A stretch of 64,000 bases of DNA from the NCBI GenBank assembly GCA_964627755.1, contig CAZVIH010000013.1, positions 2,148 through 66,147 on the forward strand, given 5' to 3'. A model generated the notes under the pieces. That model did not search any database. It worked only from the letters and a program-made list of their open reading frames with translations, and was not told the origin of the DNA. The position numbers and the translations under genes were made by a program. Origin of the DNA: an uncultured Anaerolineales bacterium (lineage in GTDB: Bacteria > Chloroflexota > Anaerolineae > Anaerolineales > UBA11858). Below are positions 37,301-45,708 of this stretch, in pieces. Each line of letters opens with the position of its first letter. Positions within the stretch are counted from its first letter, which is position 1.

Positions 37301-39711
37301 AAGTCCGCGAAAGCTTGATTAACGCTTAATATATAGCCGTTAGAGCTGATTGTAATAATGCCTTCAGGGGCGTTTTCGAACAAGGAGCGGTATTTGTTTT
37401 CACTATCTTTCAGAGCTTTTTCAGACTTTACCCGTTCACTGATATCCCGGATGTTGCATTGGATGACCTTTTTTCCATCCACCGCGTACACTGTGCTGAT
37501 GAAGTCGACATGGATGGATTTCCTGGATCTGGTTTGCAGCTGCAGGTTTTCGTAGCGGACATATTCTTTCGAAATCAATTCTTGGAGTTTATTTTGATTG
37601 GTTACGATGTCTTTCAGGGGGCTGATCTCCCAGATCTCTTTCCCCAGAAGCCCGTCAGCTGAATATCCAAGCAAATTTTCAACAAAGGGATTTGCATCTA
37701 TGATCTTGCCGCTCACCGGGTTCAGGATCAGGATTGCATCCTGGGCGCTTTCAAACAGCCGTCTATAGCGGACCTCTGAATCGAGGACCTGTTTTTGGGC
37801 CTCCATGCGGTTGGTGATATCATTAAAGGTTACAACCAGGCGGTCTGCCAAAAAAGTGGCAAACAGTTCACAGATCCGCACTGATCCGTCCTCGCAGGTT
37901 ACCCTGTATTCCCCGGTATTCACAAAATGGCCAGACTTCCGGGCTTTTTCAAGTCCGGATCGCCATTGGTCCAACATTTCTTTGCGGTAGGCAGGATCCG
38001 GGTAGGCCAGCTGATACCATTCCTCCGCGGTGGGGGCTGTATGACCAAAAAGATCCATGGCAGAGCGGCTCCAGTATTCGATCTGATTGCCCTCAATATT
38101 AACCAGGGCAACCGGGAAAGGGGTTGCGTCCAGAACATTTTTTAATTTCTGTTCTCTCTCGAGGAGATCATTTTCGGCAGCAACCTGATCTGTAATATCA
38201 GCAAAGACACAGTATGTTTGGCGAAAACTGCCATCCGGGTTGTACCCTACACAGCCTTCAAATGATATATCAAGAAAGTTCCCGTTCTTGTGTTGAATTT
38301 TGTACCTGACATCATGGACAGAGCCTTGCTTCTTTAAATTAGAAAAATTTTCCTTAAAACTGATTTCTTGTTCGGATGACAGGAAACTGCCAAAATATTT
38401 TCCCAATACTTCTTCCCTTTCATACCCAAGGATTTTTAACCAGGCGGGATTGACATCCCTGATTGTGCCATCCTTATTTAAAGACTGATATGCAAGGGGA
38501 GCGTTTTCGTAGAGTGCTTTATACTTCTCTTTACTGTCCAACAAGGATACTTCAGCTTCTTTTTGTTCAGTGATATCCTGGATGGTGCAAATCATGCCCT
38601 GATAGGTCTCCCCGTCGTAGCGGGCAATCAGCCAACCTGTTTGAAAGCTGTGTCTCCCTACAGGAGTGACAAACTGGGCTTCATAGGGCCAGGGAGCCCG
38701 GCTTTTTTTGGCCGCCAGAAAATGTTCCCTGAATTCAAGGATGGTTTCCGGGGGAAAATCATCCAGGACATGCCGGCCTAACATGGCCTGGGCATCCACG
38801 CCGGCGATCTTCTCCATAGCCGGGTTAAGATAGACCAGACGGTCATTTTTATTTGTCACCCAGATTCCATCCTGGACCTGGTTCAGGATCAGACTGTAAA
38901 AATCCCGTACATTTCGGATTTCTTCATTGATCAACCTCTGCTCAGTGATATCCCTCACAGAAGCAACGGCTCCCAAATATTCCCCCTCCTCGTTGTTTAG
39001 AGGGGAAGCGTTCAGGCTGGTCAGGATCCTGGATCCATCTTTACGGATAAACTCGAATTCATGTTCCTCTGCGATACCCTCTTTACGGCGTACCACATCC
39101 TTTTCAGCAATTTTTATGCTCTGGTCATCCATAAAATCAAATAAGCATTTGCCCAGCATCTCCTCGCTGGTGTAGCCCAGCAGGTTGGCCATAGCAGGGT
39201 TGACATAACTTGTTCTGGAGTTCTGGTCAATTTCCCAGATACCATCCTGGATCGTATCCATCAGGTGGCTGTAGCGTTCTTCGCTTCCCCGGAAATCCTG
39301 CTGGATTTGAGCTTGCAGTTGGCGGAGCTGAACGTTTTCCAGGACTTGGGTTATTGTTATTGGGAGTCGCTGGATATGCTGGGGACTCTTGATGACATAA
39401 TCAGCTGCGCCGCGTCTGATGGCTTTAGCTGCAATTTTTTCTGATCCTATCTTTGTAAGAATGATCACTGGCAGGTTAGGATCGACTTTCTGAACAGCCT
39501 CCAAAACTTCCAAACCCGTAAACCCCGGAATGTTAAAATCACTCAAAATTAGCTGATAACCCCCTTCTGCAAGCAGCCGTTTGAAATCCTTTTTGCTGGC
39601 AGCTTCTATCAGGACAACTTTCTGGAGTCTGTTAGTTATGGCCTCCCGCACCAGGGTTTGATCAAGTGTAAAGTCATCAATGTACAGAATTCGGATGGCG
39701 TCTTTTCTCAT
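34306..39711 (-). CDS. Giant hybrid sensor histidine kinase: REC - 10x PAS - GAF - HisKA_3 - HATPase_c (1801 aa)
   Basis: N-terminal receiver (YIDDF, ILSDFNIPG, DYVIKSP). Ten PAS-type repeats each begin with a coiled linker (..RY..L.....DGI...D.). There is a GAF-like module, the H-box ARELHDQVGQNL, and N/G boxes (EALTNITQHSGA, DNGIGFD, GWGLVNMTER). Confidence 0.9.
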   Translation of the reverse strand: MRKDAIRILYIDDFTLDQTLVREAITNRLQKVVLIEAASKKDFKRLLAEGGYQLILSDFNIPGFTGLEVLEAVQKVDPNLPVIILTKIGSEKIAAKAIRRGAADYVIKSPQHIQRLPITITQVLENVQLRQLQAQIQQDFRGSEERYSHLMDTIQDGIWEIDQNSRTSYVNPAMANLLGYTSEEMLGKCLFDFMDDQSIKIAEKDVVRRKEGIAEEHEFEFIRKDGSRILTSLNASPLNNEEGEYLGAVASVRDITEQRLINEEIRNVRDFYSLILNQVQDGIWVTNKNDRLVYLNPAMEKIAGVDAQAMLGRHVLDDFPPETILEFREHFLAAKKSRAPWPYEAQFVTPVGRHSFQTGWLIARYDGETYQGMICTIQDITEQKEAEVSLLDSKEKYKALYENAPLAYQSLNKDGTIRDVNPAWLKILGYEREEVLGKYFGSFLSSEQEISFKENFSNLKKQGSVHDVRYKIQHKNGNFLDISFEGCVGYNPDGSFRQTYCVFADITDQVAAENDLLEREQKLKNVLDATPFPVALVNIEGNQIEYWSRSAMDLFGHTAPTAEEWYQLAYPDPAYRKEMLDQWRSGLEKARKSGHFVNTGEYRVTCEDGSVRICELFATFLADRLVVTFNDITNRMEAQKQVLDSEVRYRRLFESAQDAILILNPVSGKIIDANPFVENLLGYSADGLLGKEIWEISPLKDIVTNQNKLQELISKEYVRYENLQLQTRSRKSIHVDFISTVYAVDGKKVIQCNIRDISERVKSEKALKDSENKYRSLFENAPEGIITISSNGYILSVNQAFADLTGFQKEDFLDKYILKIPTLVKQERGFYKKAVMEALSGRIRDNTEFRWKHASGEVREGQARISTLRLDGTNTLQVILEDITERKKVLNALAQSEKRYRELFDSLLYPTLVYDRDARIRLLNQKAAANLGHSAEECRGHLLADYLPENHQPTLQRINQVIQTGKELLFEDHHVSPNRESWFSTRMTPIKLPDEDEQMVLVMSEEITERKLTEETLRKSNYIINSASDAVITTDPSGIITLWNQGAEYIYGYTSEEILGQSITKLYQKKDHLFLEKFITELLEGKKIPNQELTLLNKEGQGIEVLLSLGTLQDETGKVTELVGITKDITSLKEIESTLRLNQKRTQQYLDVADIMLLVLDKKQRVQTINPKGCEILGYSEDQIVGENWFNKFLDPINLDEVKDVFNRIISGEEEQSEYYENEIIRADGSRRMIAWHNSVLKNEEEEIEGIFSSGEDITDRKEAENAIRESKEIAERYLNIAAEIIISLDRQGNIVMLNPSGHRLLGYKPGELVGKNWFEVCLPEDTKDVVREFLLTLQDKDESVLIPAVNRVLRKDGSERIIRWHNSILKDSQGLFSGVLSSGEDISEEIQIQEDLEKNQLLLVGLSQAAREVQDILQKEKIYQRIGDEISQLGFNISILMLSEDGSEIEQKYLSYGEGLMNHISKIIGVNPSDYHFKLKPEGYFNKILASKKTILEPINNEMLKEALPRISRGLIIKSKELFDLKYVIAAPLLAKDQPLGMLIVFGSDLREKDVVPIGLFANQASTALKNAQIAETLQNRTVELEILSAQIVETEEKERSRLARELHDQVGQNLALLGFNLNQIKDQYQKKREIDLNQVDKTHNILLEVTGSIRDVMNDLRPSILDDYGLQAALHWSLDKFSDRTGVKTSLSGVKLTPRLERNKELTLFRITQEALTNITQHSGATRVQVSLTSSKNEVVLTIEDNGIGFDSLALRSHEDGRGWGLVNMTERVGLIQGSLEIQSAPRSGTKLIIRVSRE

Positions 39712-39719
39712 AACTTAAA

Positions 39720-39742
39720 CCTCCCCGGGTATCCCCGGGATG
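39720..39742 (-). promoter_or_regulatory. Hairpin overlapping the SD of the giant kinase gene
   Basis: The minus-strand RNA CCCGGG-gaua-CCCGGG-GAGG has a 6-bp stem whose 3' arm supplies the first three G of the GGGGAGG SD. The SD lies 8 nt upstream of the ATG. Confidence 0.3.
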
Positions 39743-40580
39743 AAAATATGCTGGTATTCACTAAGGCTCCAGAAAATCGGACTTCCTCGAAAAGGATCAG
39801 CAAATGGTATTTGAGATAAATCATTTCATCCAAATCAGCTGTTCCAATGAGTAAATCCAGGGAGATATTCATTCACCCCGGGATGCCGATTCTGATCCTT
39901 TGCTGCCGTGTGGTCTATACCAGGCAAAGTGATTATTAATCAGGTGTTATTTTGTCTTTTGCCTTGCGCAGGGTTCAGGTCTATCGAAAATGATCTCCAA
40001 GACCTGCTTTAGTGGGTATCCTTATTATAACGGATGAAGGAACACTTTCGGGTTTGGGATCCGCAGCTAACAAAACTGGAGGTTGCAAATCTCAAGCTTC
40101 AGATAAACTCTACTGACAGACTTTGGACGGGATAGAGAGACCCCAGTGTCCTCACAAAAGGAGACTACCTGGAAAATTTCCGTTCTGAATCCGAAATTGA
40201 ACGGCCTGAATGATCAGCAATACCTTAAACACCTGAGCCTGATGCGCTGGCAGGATGATCCCCGGGAATCATAAGGCAAATTTGATTCCAGCTGGATAAC
40301 AGTTTGCTCCTTTAGCTCAAGACCAATGCCGAGGGGATGATTAATGGAAGCTGATCTGAACTCCGGGTGCTGAGAGTGAAGATGGGATATGCTCTGGCCG
40401 GTTGATTACCTGCGGGAAAGGGAAAACCCCCTTTGGTCATCAGCTTGAGATTTTAAAGGAGAAATTTCAACTGGTAGTTCTATGACAGAAAGTATCCAAG
40501 CTTGTTGACATACAGGACTGCCCATCAGATATACAATTCAGGCATCAAACTCAGGATTCTAAAAAAGATAGAGCATACCA

Positions 40581-40997
40581 ATGGATACAAATACTAATTT
40601 TCCCAGGTCGATTTTAATTACAGACGATCACGGCATCATTCGGCTCACACTTCGTGAATGGTTAGTCGGAGAATTCCCGGAATTGTCGATTCAGGAGGCC
40701 TGCTCTGGAGAACAAGCCCTGGAACTCCTGGCTGCGAAACCACGCCCTGAGCTGGTCTTAATGGACTTTCATCTTCCGGGCAGGAGTGGGATCGATGTAA
40801 CAAAACAAATAAAAAACCAATTTCCTGATATCCGGGTAGTGGTGCTCACCATCCAGGAGGATCAACAATACATTGAACAGGCCCGGGAAGCTGGAGCAGA
40901 TGGTTATGTGATCAAACGTCAGATGTATACCGACCTTATTCCAAGTATTCAGAATATATTTTCTGGAAGTATTGAGCCCGGAAGTTTAAATGGTTAA
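40581..40997 (+). CDS. Stand-alone receiver-domain response regulator (NarL-type receiver, no output domain)
   Basis: ILITDDH, LVLMDFHLPG, VVVLTIQ and GYVIKR. 138 aa. Confidence 0.85.
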   Translation: MDTNTNFPRSILITDDHGIIRLTLREWLVGEFPELSIQEACSGEQALELLAAKPRPELVLMDFHLPGRSGIDVTKQIKNQFPDIRVVVLTIQEDQQYIEQAREAGADGYVIKRQMYTDLIPSIQNIFSGSIEPGSLNG

Positions 40998-41427
40998 AAA
41001 AGAGTGGAATTTGTTTCTGATAGAAGATAATCCTGGCGATATTCGCCTGGTTGAAGAATCTATCGCGGAATGTGATTTAGCGGTAAATTTACAGGTATTC
41101 AAGAATGGAGAAAATGCCCTGAAACAGCTCGGGTTAACAGAGAATTCTGTCCCGGGAAACAAGCCCGACTTAATATTACTCGACTTGAATTTGCCTCGAA
41201 TCAATGGAAGAGAGATGCTGGGAATTTTGAAAGCAAATCCAATAACCCGCAATACGCCGGTGGTCATTTTTTCATCCTCAGAGGCTGAGAAGGATATTTA
41301 TGACAGCTACGAGAATTATGCCAGTTGTTATATTTCCAAACCGGCGGATTTTGATGATTATATGGGCGTTGTCCAGAAGATATTAAGGTTTTGGTTTTCC
41401 GAAGCCAACCTGCCGGATGTGAACTGA
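40990..41427 (+). CDS. Stand-alone receiver-domain response regulator (Rcp1/phytochrome-RR-like)
   Basis: [36 protein letters not shown] and CYISKP. It overlaps the upstream gene by 8 nt. Confidence 0.85.
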   Translation: MVKKEWNLFLIEDNPGDIRLVEESIAECDLAVNLQVFKNGENALKQLGLTENSVPGNKPDLILLDLNLPRINGREMLGILKANPITRNTPVVIFSSSEAEKDIYDSYENYASCYISKPADFDDYMGVVQKILRFWFSEANLPDVN

Positions 41428-41481
41428 ACTCCTTATGGATGTTATGTTCAATGGAGAAATATATTTTATACCTCTTAAATC

Positions 41482-44400
41482 ATGATGAAAAAATCTAACC
41501 TTAAAATACTGATTGTTGATGATAATCCTGGTGATATCCGACTCTGTCGTGAGATGCTTGAGGAATCAAATACGGTCAGCTGGAAGGTGGAAGAAGCCCA
41601 TGACATGGCTGGGGGAAAAAAGAAGGCGGCCAAGACTCAGTTTGATTTGATTGTGCTGGATCTTAATTTACCCGACAGCGAGGGCATCCATACCTTCCAA
41701 GAGATCCGATCGAGTGCCAAACACACGCCGATAGTAATCCTCTCTGGCAGAGCTGACCAGGCCCTGGCCGCAGTCCAGGATGGGGCCGAAGACTATCTAA
41801 ATAAAGACCAGCTCACTCCCTCCCTGCTTTCCCGGGCATTCCAGTATGCCATCGAACGCTCCCGTTTGAAACAGCAGCTGCAGTCATTATCAATCACCGA
41901 TGAGTTATCGGGTCTATTGAATCGTCAGGGGTTTCTTACCATGGCTGAACAGCAGATCAAATTGGCCAAACGCTCCCTGAACCCGATGACCTTATTTTTC
42001 ATTGACATTGATCATATGAAGGGCATCAATGACAGCCTGGGTCATAAAAAAGGAGATCTGGCCATCCAGGCTGCCGCCAGGGTCCTGCAATTAAATTTCC
42101 GGGAATCGGATCTGATCGCCAGGATGGGAGGAGACGAATTTGCTGTCCTGGCCATTGACAGCGATCCGGATCAGCAGGAAATGATCTGTCAGCGTTTAAT
42201 GGAAACCATCGATCAGGTAAAAATCGAACAAAACCTGCCCTTTGATCTGTCCTTAAGTATTGGGACTGCAGTTTGGAGTGCAGGAGAGACTCAAGACCTG
42301 GATCTATTGCTCCAGCAAGCTGATCGGGCCATGTACACTCAGAAAGGGAAAACAGAAGTTTTCCCACTTCCTGACCCAATAAATGGAGTTCCCTTTATAG
42401 AGAAACCTCCCTTTATCCTGGATCGCATGAATTTGCTGCTGATAGAGGACAACCCGGGTGATGCACGGCTGGTAAAGGAATTCCTGACGGATTCCAAAAG
42501 AGAGATCCATATCACCAGGATCGAACGCTTATCTGAAATTAAAGACTTGGATGAAAGGAAAGATTTTTCTATCATACTTCTAGATCTTTCCCTGCCGGAT
42601 TCTCAAGGTATCGATACGCTGAAAAAGGTCAGCAAGCTCTTTCCCCTGATACCCATCGTGGTCTTCACCGGCCAAGATGACAGCGAGTTGGCATTAACCG
42701 CAATTCAAGGCGGGGCTCAGGATTACCTGGTTAAGGGATTGTTTGATGATGTTGTTCTGGAAAGAGCCCTTCACTATTCGATGGAACGGCATGCCCTGCA
42801 CCAGCAAAACCAGGAGTTCCTGGGGGAGATCCAACACTCGGAGCTGATCCTGAAGAGCATATTTGACCATGTTAAGATCGGCATATTCCGCACGGATAGA
42901 GAGGGCATCCTGACCTTTGCCAACCGGGGGATGATGGATATGCTGGGATACGACTCCCTGTCCCAGGTATCAGGTGCCAATTTCCTGGTCGAACACCTCC
43001 ATTTGGAACCGGAATTCATCACCAGATTATTCACCGGAGAACAGCAGCTCAAGGGGGGGCTCACCTTGTTATATACCCGGTCCGGTGAAATAATCTCAAT
43101 ACGTTTGGGTATCACGCTAACAGCATTTGAAGGGCAAACCATCTTGACAGGAACTGTGGAAGACATCTCCCTCCAGATAGAATCTCAACGCCAGCTTCAT
43201 TTGCAGTCTTCAGCCCTGGAAGCGACTGCCAATGCTATTGTAATCACTGATACGGAAGGAATAATTCTCTGGAACAACCAGGCATTTTGTGACCTGACTG
43301 GTTATCAAAAAGATGATGTAATTGGTAAGTCTACCCGGATTTTAAAATCTGGAAAGCATGACAATGATTTTTATCAATCGATGTGGGAATCCATATCTTC
43401 CGGCCGGGTATGGCAGGGAGAGTTAACCAATCTGCGTAAAAATGGCACTTCCTACATTGAAAGGATGACGATCACGCCTATACGGGGTAATAACGAAAAG
43501 ATCAGTCATTATATAGCCATCAAAGAGGATATCACCTTATACAAACAGAGCCAGAAAACCCTTCAGAGGCGCCTGGCTGAGGTTACTGCTCTAAATCAAA
43601 TCGCCCTGGCCGGCATTGAAGAGACTGACGAAGATGAGCTCATCACCCGTGTGACGCGTATTGGCCAGGAGATGATCTATTCCTCTCATTTTGGAGTTTT
43701 ATTATTATCTGAGAAAGGGGAAGATTTATTTCTTCATCCGTCCTATCTGGGGGTTTCCGAAGTATGGTTTGGAAAATCATTCAGCATTCACAAAGGTGTA
43801 GTCGGCCGGGTTGTAAAATCCAACAGCACCGTTATCATCTCAGATATCTCCCAGGAGGAGGATTATTTACCATCTACTCCGAATATTCGGTCCGAATTAG
43901 CTGTCCCCCTGATAGTGGACAACAAGCTGATCGGTGTTATCAATGCCGAAAGCACGGAACCAGGGACCTTCCAGAAGGATGATGCCCGATTGCTGGAGAC
44001 CATAGCCGGTCAGCTGGGTACTGCTCTGAACCAGATCCGGGCCAATAAAAAAGAACGGGAGCAGAGGCAGATTGCAGAAGCCCTGTCAGATATTGCCCTG
44101 GCATTGAATAGCAGCCTGGAGATCAATCAGGTCCTGGACCAGATCCTGGAGAAGATCGCCATGCTGGTTCCTTATAAAACTGCCGCCCTGTACTTACGCC
44201 AGAATGGTAATGCCAATGTCATCCGCCATAAAGGGTACGAAGCCCTCGGCCTTGGAGAATGGATCGAGAACTTTTCAGTCTCATTGAAAGGTGGATCAGA
44301 CCTGCCATCATTCCAGCAGCTTGTGGATAACAATAAACCTTTTTTGATTGCAGATACTGAATTGCACCCAGGTTGGGTTGTTCTCCCTGAAACCGCCTGG

Positions 44401-45663
44401 ATTCGTTCCTATTTGGGAATTCCTATTTACAAAGGGGAAGAGGTGATCGGATTCATCAATCTGGATCAAGATTTCCCCAATGCGTTTACTGAGACCCATA
44501 TCCAGATCATGGATGCCCTGAGCAATCAGATCGCCACGGCTCTAGAAAATGCTGAACTATACCGCCTCCAGAAAGAGCAGCTGGATTTCCTGGAATCCCT
44601 CCGCCAGATCGATTATGCTATCACGGGCAGTCTCGACATTCAGCTGACCCTGTCAGTGATCACTGCGGAAGTCAAAGATCGGTTAAAGATCGACGCTGTG
44701 AATATCTTGCTCTATGATCCGGCCAGTTTTCAATTTCAGGTCATTGCCAAACAGGGTTTTAATTTTTCGAACAATGCCAGAGAGAGCTATTTTCCTGTGA
44801 CAGGAATCTTGGGACAATTGATCAATCAAAGGTCCTCTCAGGAGATTCTGGATTTGGGATCCAGTGATTTTGTTTTGGACCGGAAAGAGCTGCTTACGAG
44901 AGAAAGATTTGTGAGCTATTTTGGCATCCCCCTGATAGCCAAAGGGAAAATCATTGGTGTGATGGAGCTTTTCCGCCGTGAGACGATCGATTTTATACCG
45001 GAATGGAAGAAATACGCTGAAACCGTCGGGACCCAGACGGCAATTGCCATAAACAACTCCCAGTTGTTCAGCGATCTCCAAAAAGCAAACCTGGAATTAT
45101 CCCAGGCCTATGATACAACCCTGGAAGGCTGGGCCGGTGCTCTGGAACTGCGCGACCATGAAACCGAAGGCCACAGCCGCCGGGTAGTTGACCTGACGAT
45201 GGATCTGGTCAAGGTGATGGAACTTCCGGAAGAGAAATGGATCCATATCCGCCGGGGAGCTCTCCTGCACGATATCGGAAAAATGGGTGTGCCCGACAGC
45301 ATCCTGCAAAAGTCGGGCAAGTTGACAGAAGAGGAATGGGAGTTAATGCGCCAACACCCCCTCTACGCCTTAAAATGGCTTAAGCCAATTCAGTACCTTC
45401 AACAAGCTATGCCAATCCCGCACTACCACCATGAACGATATGATGGTACAGGCTACCCCGAAGGTTTAACAGGTGAGGAAATCCCCCTGGAGGCCAGAAT
45501 CTTTGCCGTGATCGACGTCTGGGACGCTTTGATGTCAGACCGGCCCTATCGAAAAGCCTGGTCTCGGACCAAAGTGCTGGATCATATTAAAACTGAAGCA
45601 GGGAAACATTTTGATCCCAGGGTGGTGGATGCCTTTATAAAATTGATCCAATCCAATTCCTGA
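41482..45663 (+). CDS. Multidomain c-di-GMP signalling protein: REC-GGDEF-REC-PAS-PAS-GAF-GAF-GAF-HD-GYP (1393 aa)
   Basis: REC1 has IVDDNPGDIRL and IVLDLNLPD. The GGDEF domain has an intact GGDEF (42127-42141) and an RESD I-site 5 aa upstream. REC2 has LIEDNPGDARL and ILLDLSLPD. There are two PAS and three GAF-like modules. The HD-GYP domain has HDIGK (HD at 45268-45273) and HHERYDGTGYP (GYP at 45451-45459). Confidence 0.9.
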   Translation: MMKKSNLKILIVDDNPGDIRLCREMLEESNTVSWKVEEAHDMAGGKKKAAKTQFDLIVLDLNLPDSEGIHTFQEIRSSAKHTPIVILSGRADQALAAVQDGAEDYLNKDQLTPSLLSRAFQYAIERSRLKQQLQSLSITDELSGLLNRQGFLTMAEQQIKLAKRSLNPMTLFFIDIDHMKGINDSLGHKKGDLAIQAAARVLQLNFRESDLIARMGGDEFAVLAIDSDPDQQEMICQRLMETIDQVKIEQNLPFDLSLSIGTAVWSAGETQDLDLLLQQADRAMYTQKGKTEVFPLPDPINGVPFIEKPPFILDRMNLLLIEDNPGDARLVKEFLTDSKREIHITRIERLSEIKDLDERKDFSIILLDLSLPDSQGIDTLKKVSKLFPLIPIVVFTGQDDSELALTAIQGGAQDYLVKGLFDDVVLERALHYSMERHALHQQNQEFLGEIQHSELILKSIFDHVKIGIFRTDREGILTFANRGMMDMLGYDSLSQVSGANFLVEHLHLEPEFITRLFTGEQQLKGGLTLLYTRSGEIISIRLGITLTAFEGQTILTGTVEDISLQIESQRQLHLQSSALEATANAIVITDTEGIILWNNQAFCDLTGYQKDDVIGKSTRILKSGKHDNDFYQSMWESISSGRVWQGELTNLRKNGTSYIERMTITPIRGNNEKISHYIAIKEDITLYKQSQKTLQRRLAEVTALNQIALAGIEETDEDELITRVTRIGQEMIYSSHFGVLLLSEKGEDLFLHPSYLGVSEVWFGKSFSIHKGVVGRVVKSNSTVIISDISQEEDYLPSTPNIRSELAVPLIVDNKLIGVINAESTEPGTFQKDDARLLETIAGQLGTALNQIRANKKEREQRQIAEALSDIALALNSSLEINQVLDQILEKIAMLVPYKTAALYLRQNGNANVIRHKGYEALGLGEWIENFSVSLKGGSDLPSFQQLVDNNKPFLIADTELHPGWVVLPETAWIRSYLGIPIYKGEEVIGFINLDQDFPNAFTETHIQIMDALSNQIATALENAELYRLQKEQLDFLESLRQIDYAITGSLDIQLTLSVITAEVKDRLKIDAVNILLYDPASFQFQVIAKQGFNFSNNARESYFPVTGILGQLINQRSSQEILDLGSSDFVLDRKELLTRERFVSYFGIPLIAKGKIIGVMELFRRETIDFIPEWKKYAETVGTQTAIAINNSQLFSDLQKANLELSQAYDTTLEGWAGALELRDHETEGHSRRVVDLTMDLVKVMELPEEKWIHIRRGALLHDIGKMGVPDSILQKSGKLTEEEWELMRQHPLYALKWLKPIQYLQQAMPIPHYHHERYDGTGYPEGLTGEEIPLEARIFAVIDVWDALMSDRPYRKAWSRTKVLDHIKTEAGKHFDPRVVDAFIKLIQSNS

Positions 45664-45708
45664 TCCTGGATAAACAAAGAGAAGCATCGAAATCACCTGG
45701 AGAAATTT

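Noticed and set aside
39723-39733. CCCGGGTATC occurs at both 39.72 kb and 50.23 kb, roughly bracketing the 40.6-50.2 kb signalling island next to the 3' end of tRNA-Cys. This suggested att-like direct repeats of a tRNA-integrated island.
   Set aside because: A 10-mer match is expected by chance. It is not derived from the tRNA 3' end, and no integrase, excisionase or transposase gene is present. I did not see a clear GC shift for 40.6-50.2 kb.
40110-40272. A short open frame whose end (LNDQQYLKHLSLMRWQDDP) faintly resembles the N-terminal zinc-ribbon region of IS1595-type transposases, suggesting a decayed mobile element.
   Set aside because: Only about 15 residues are reminiscent. The Cys pairs of the zinc ribbon are absent, there is no ATG start and there are no flanking inverted repeats. 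This cannot be supported without blastx.
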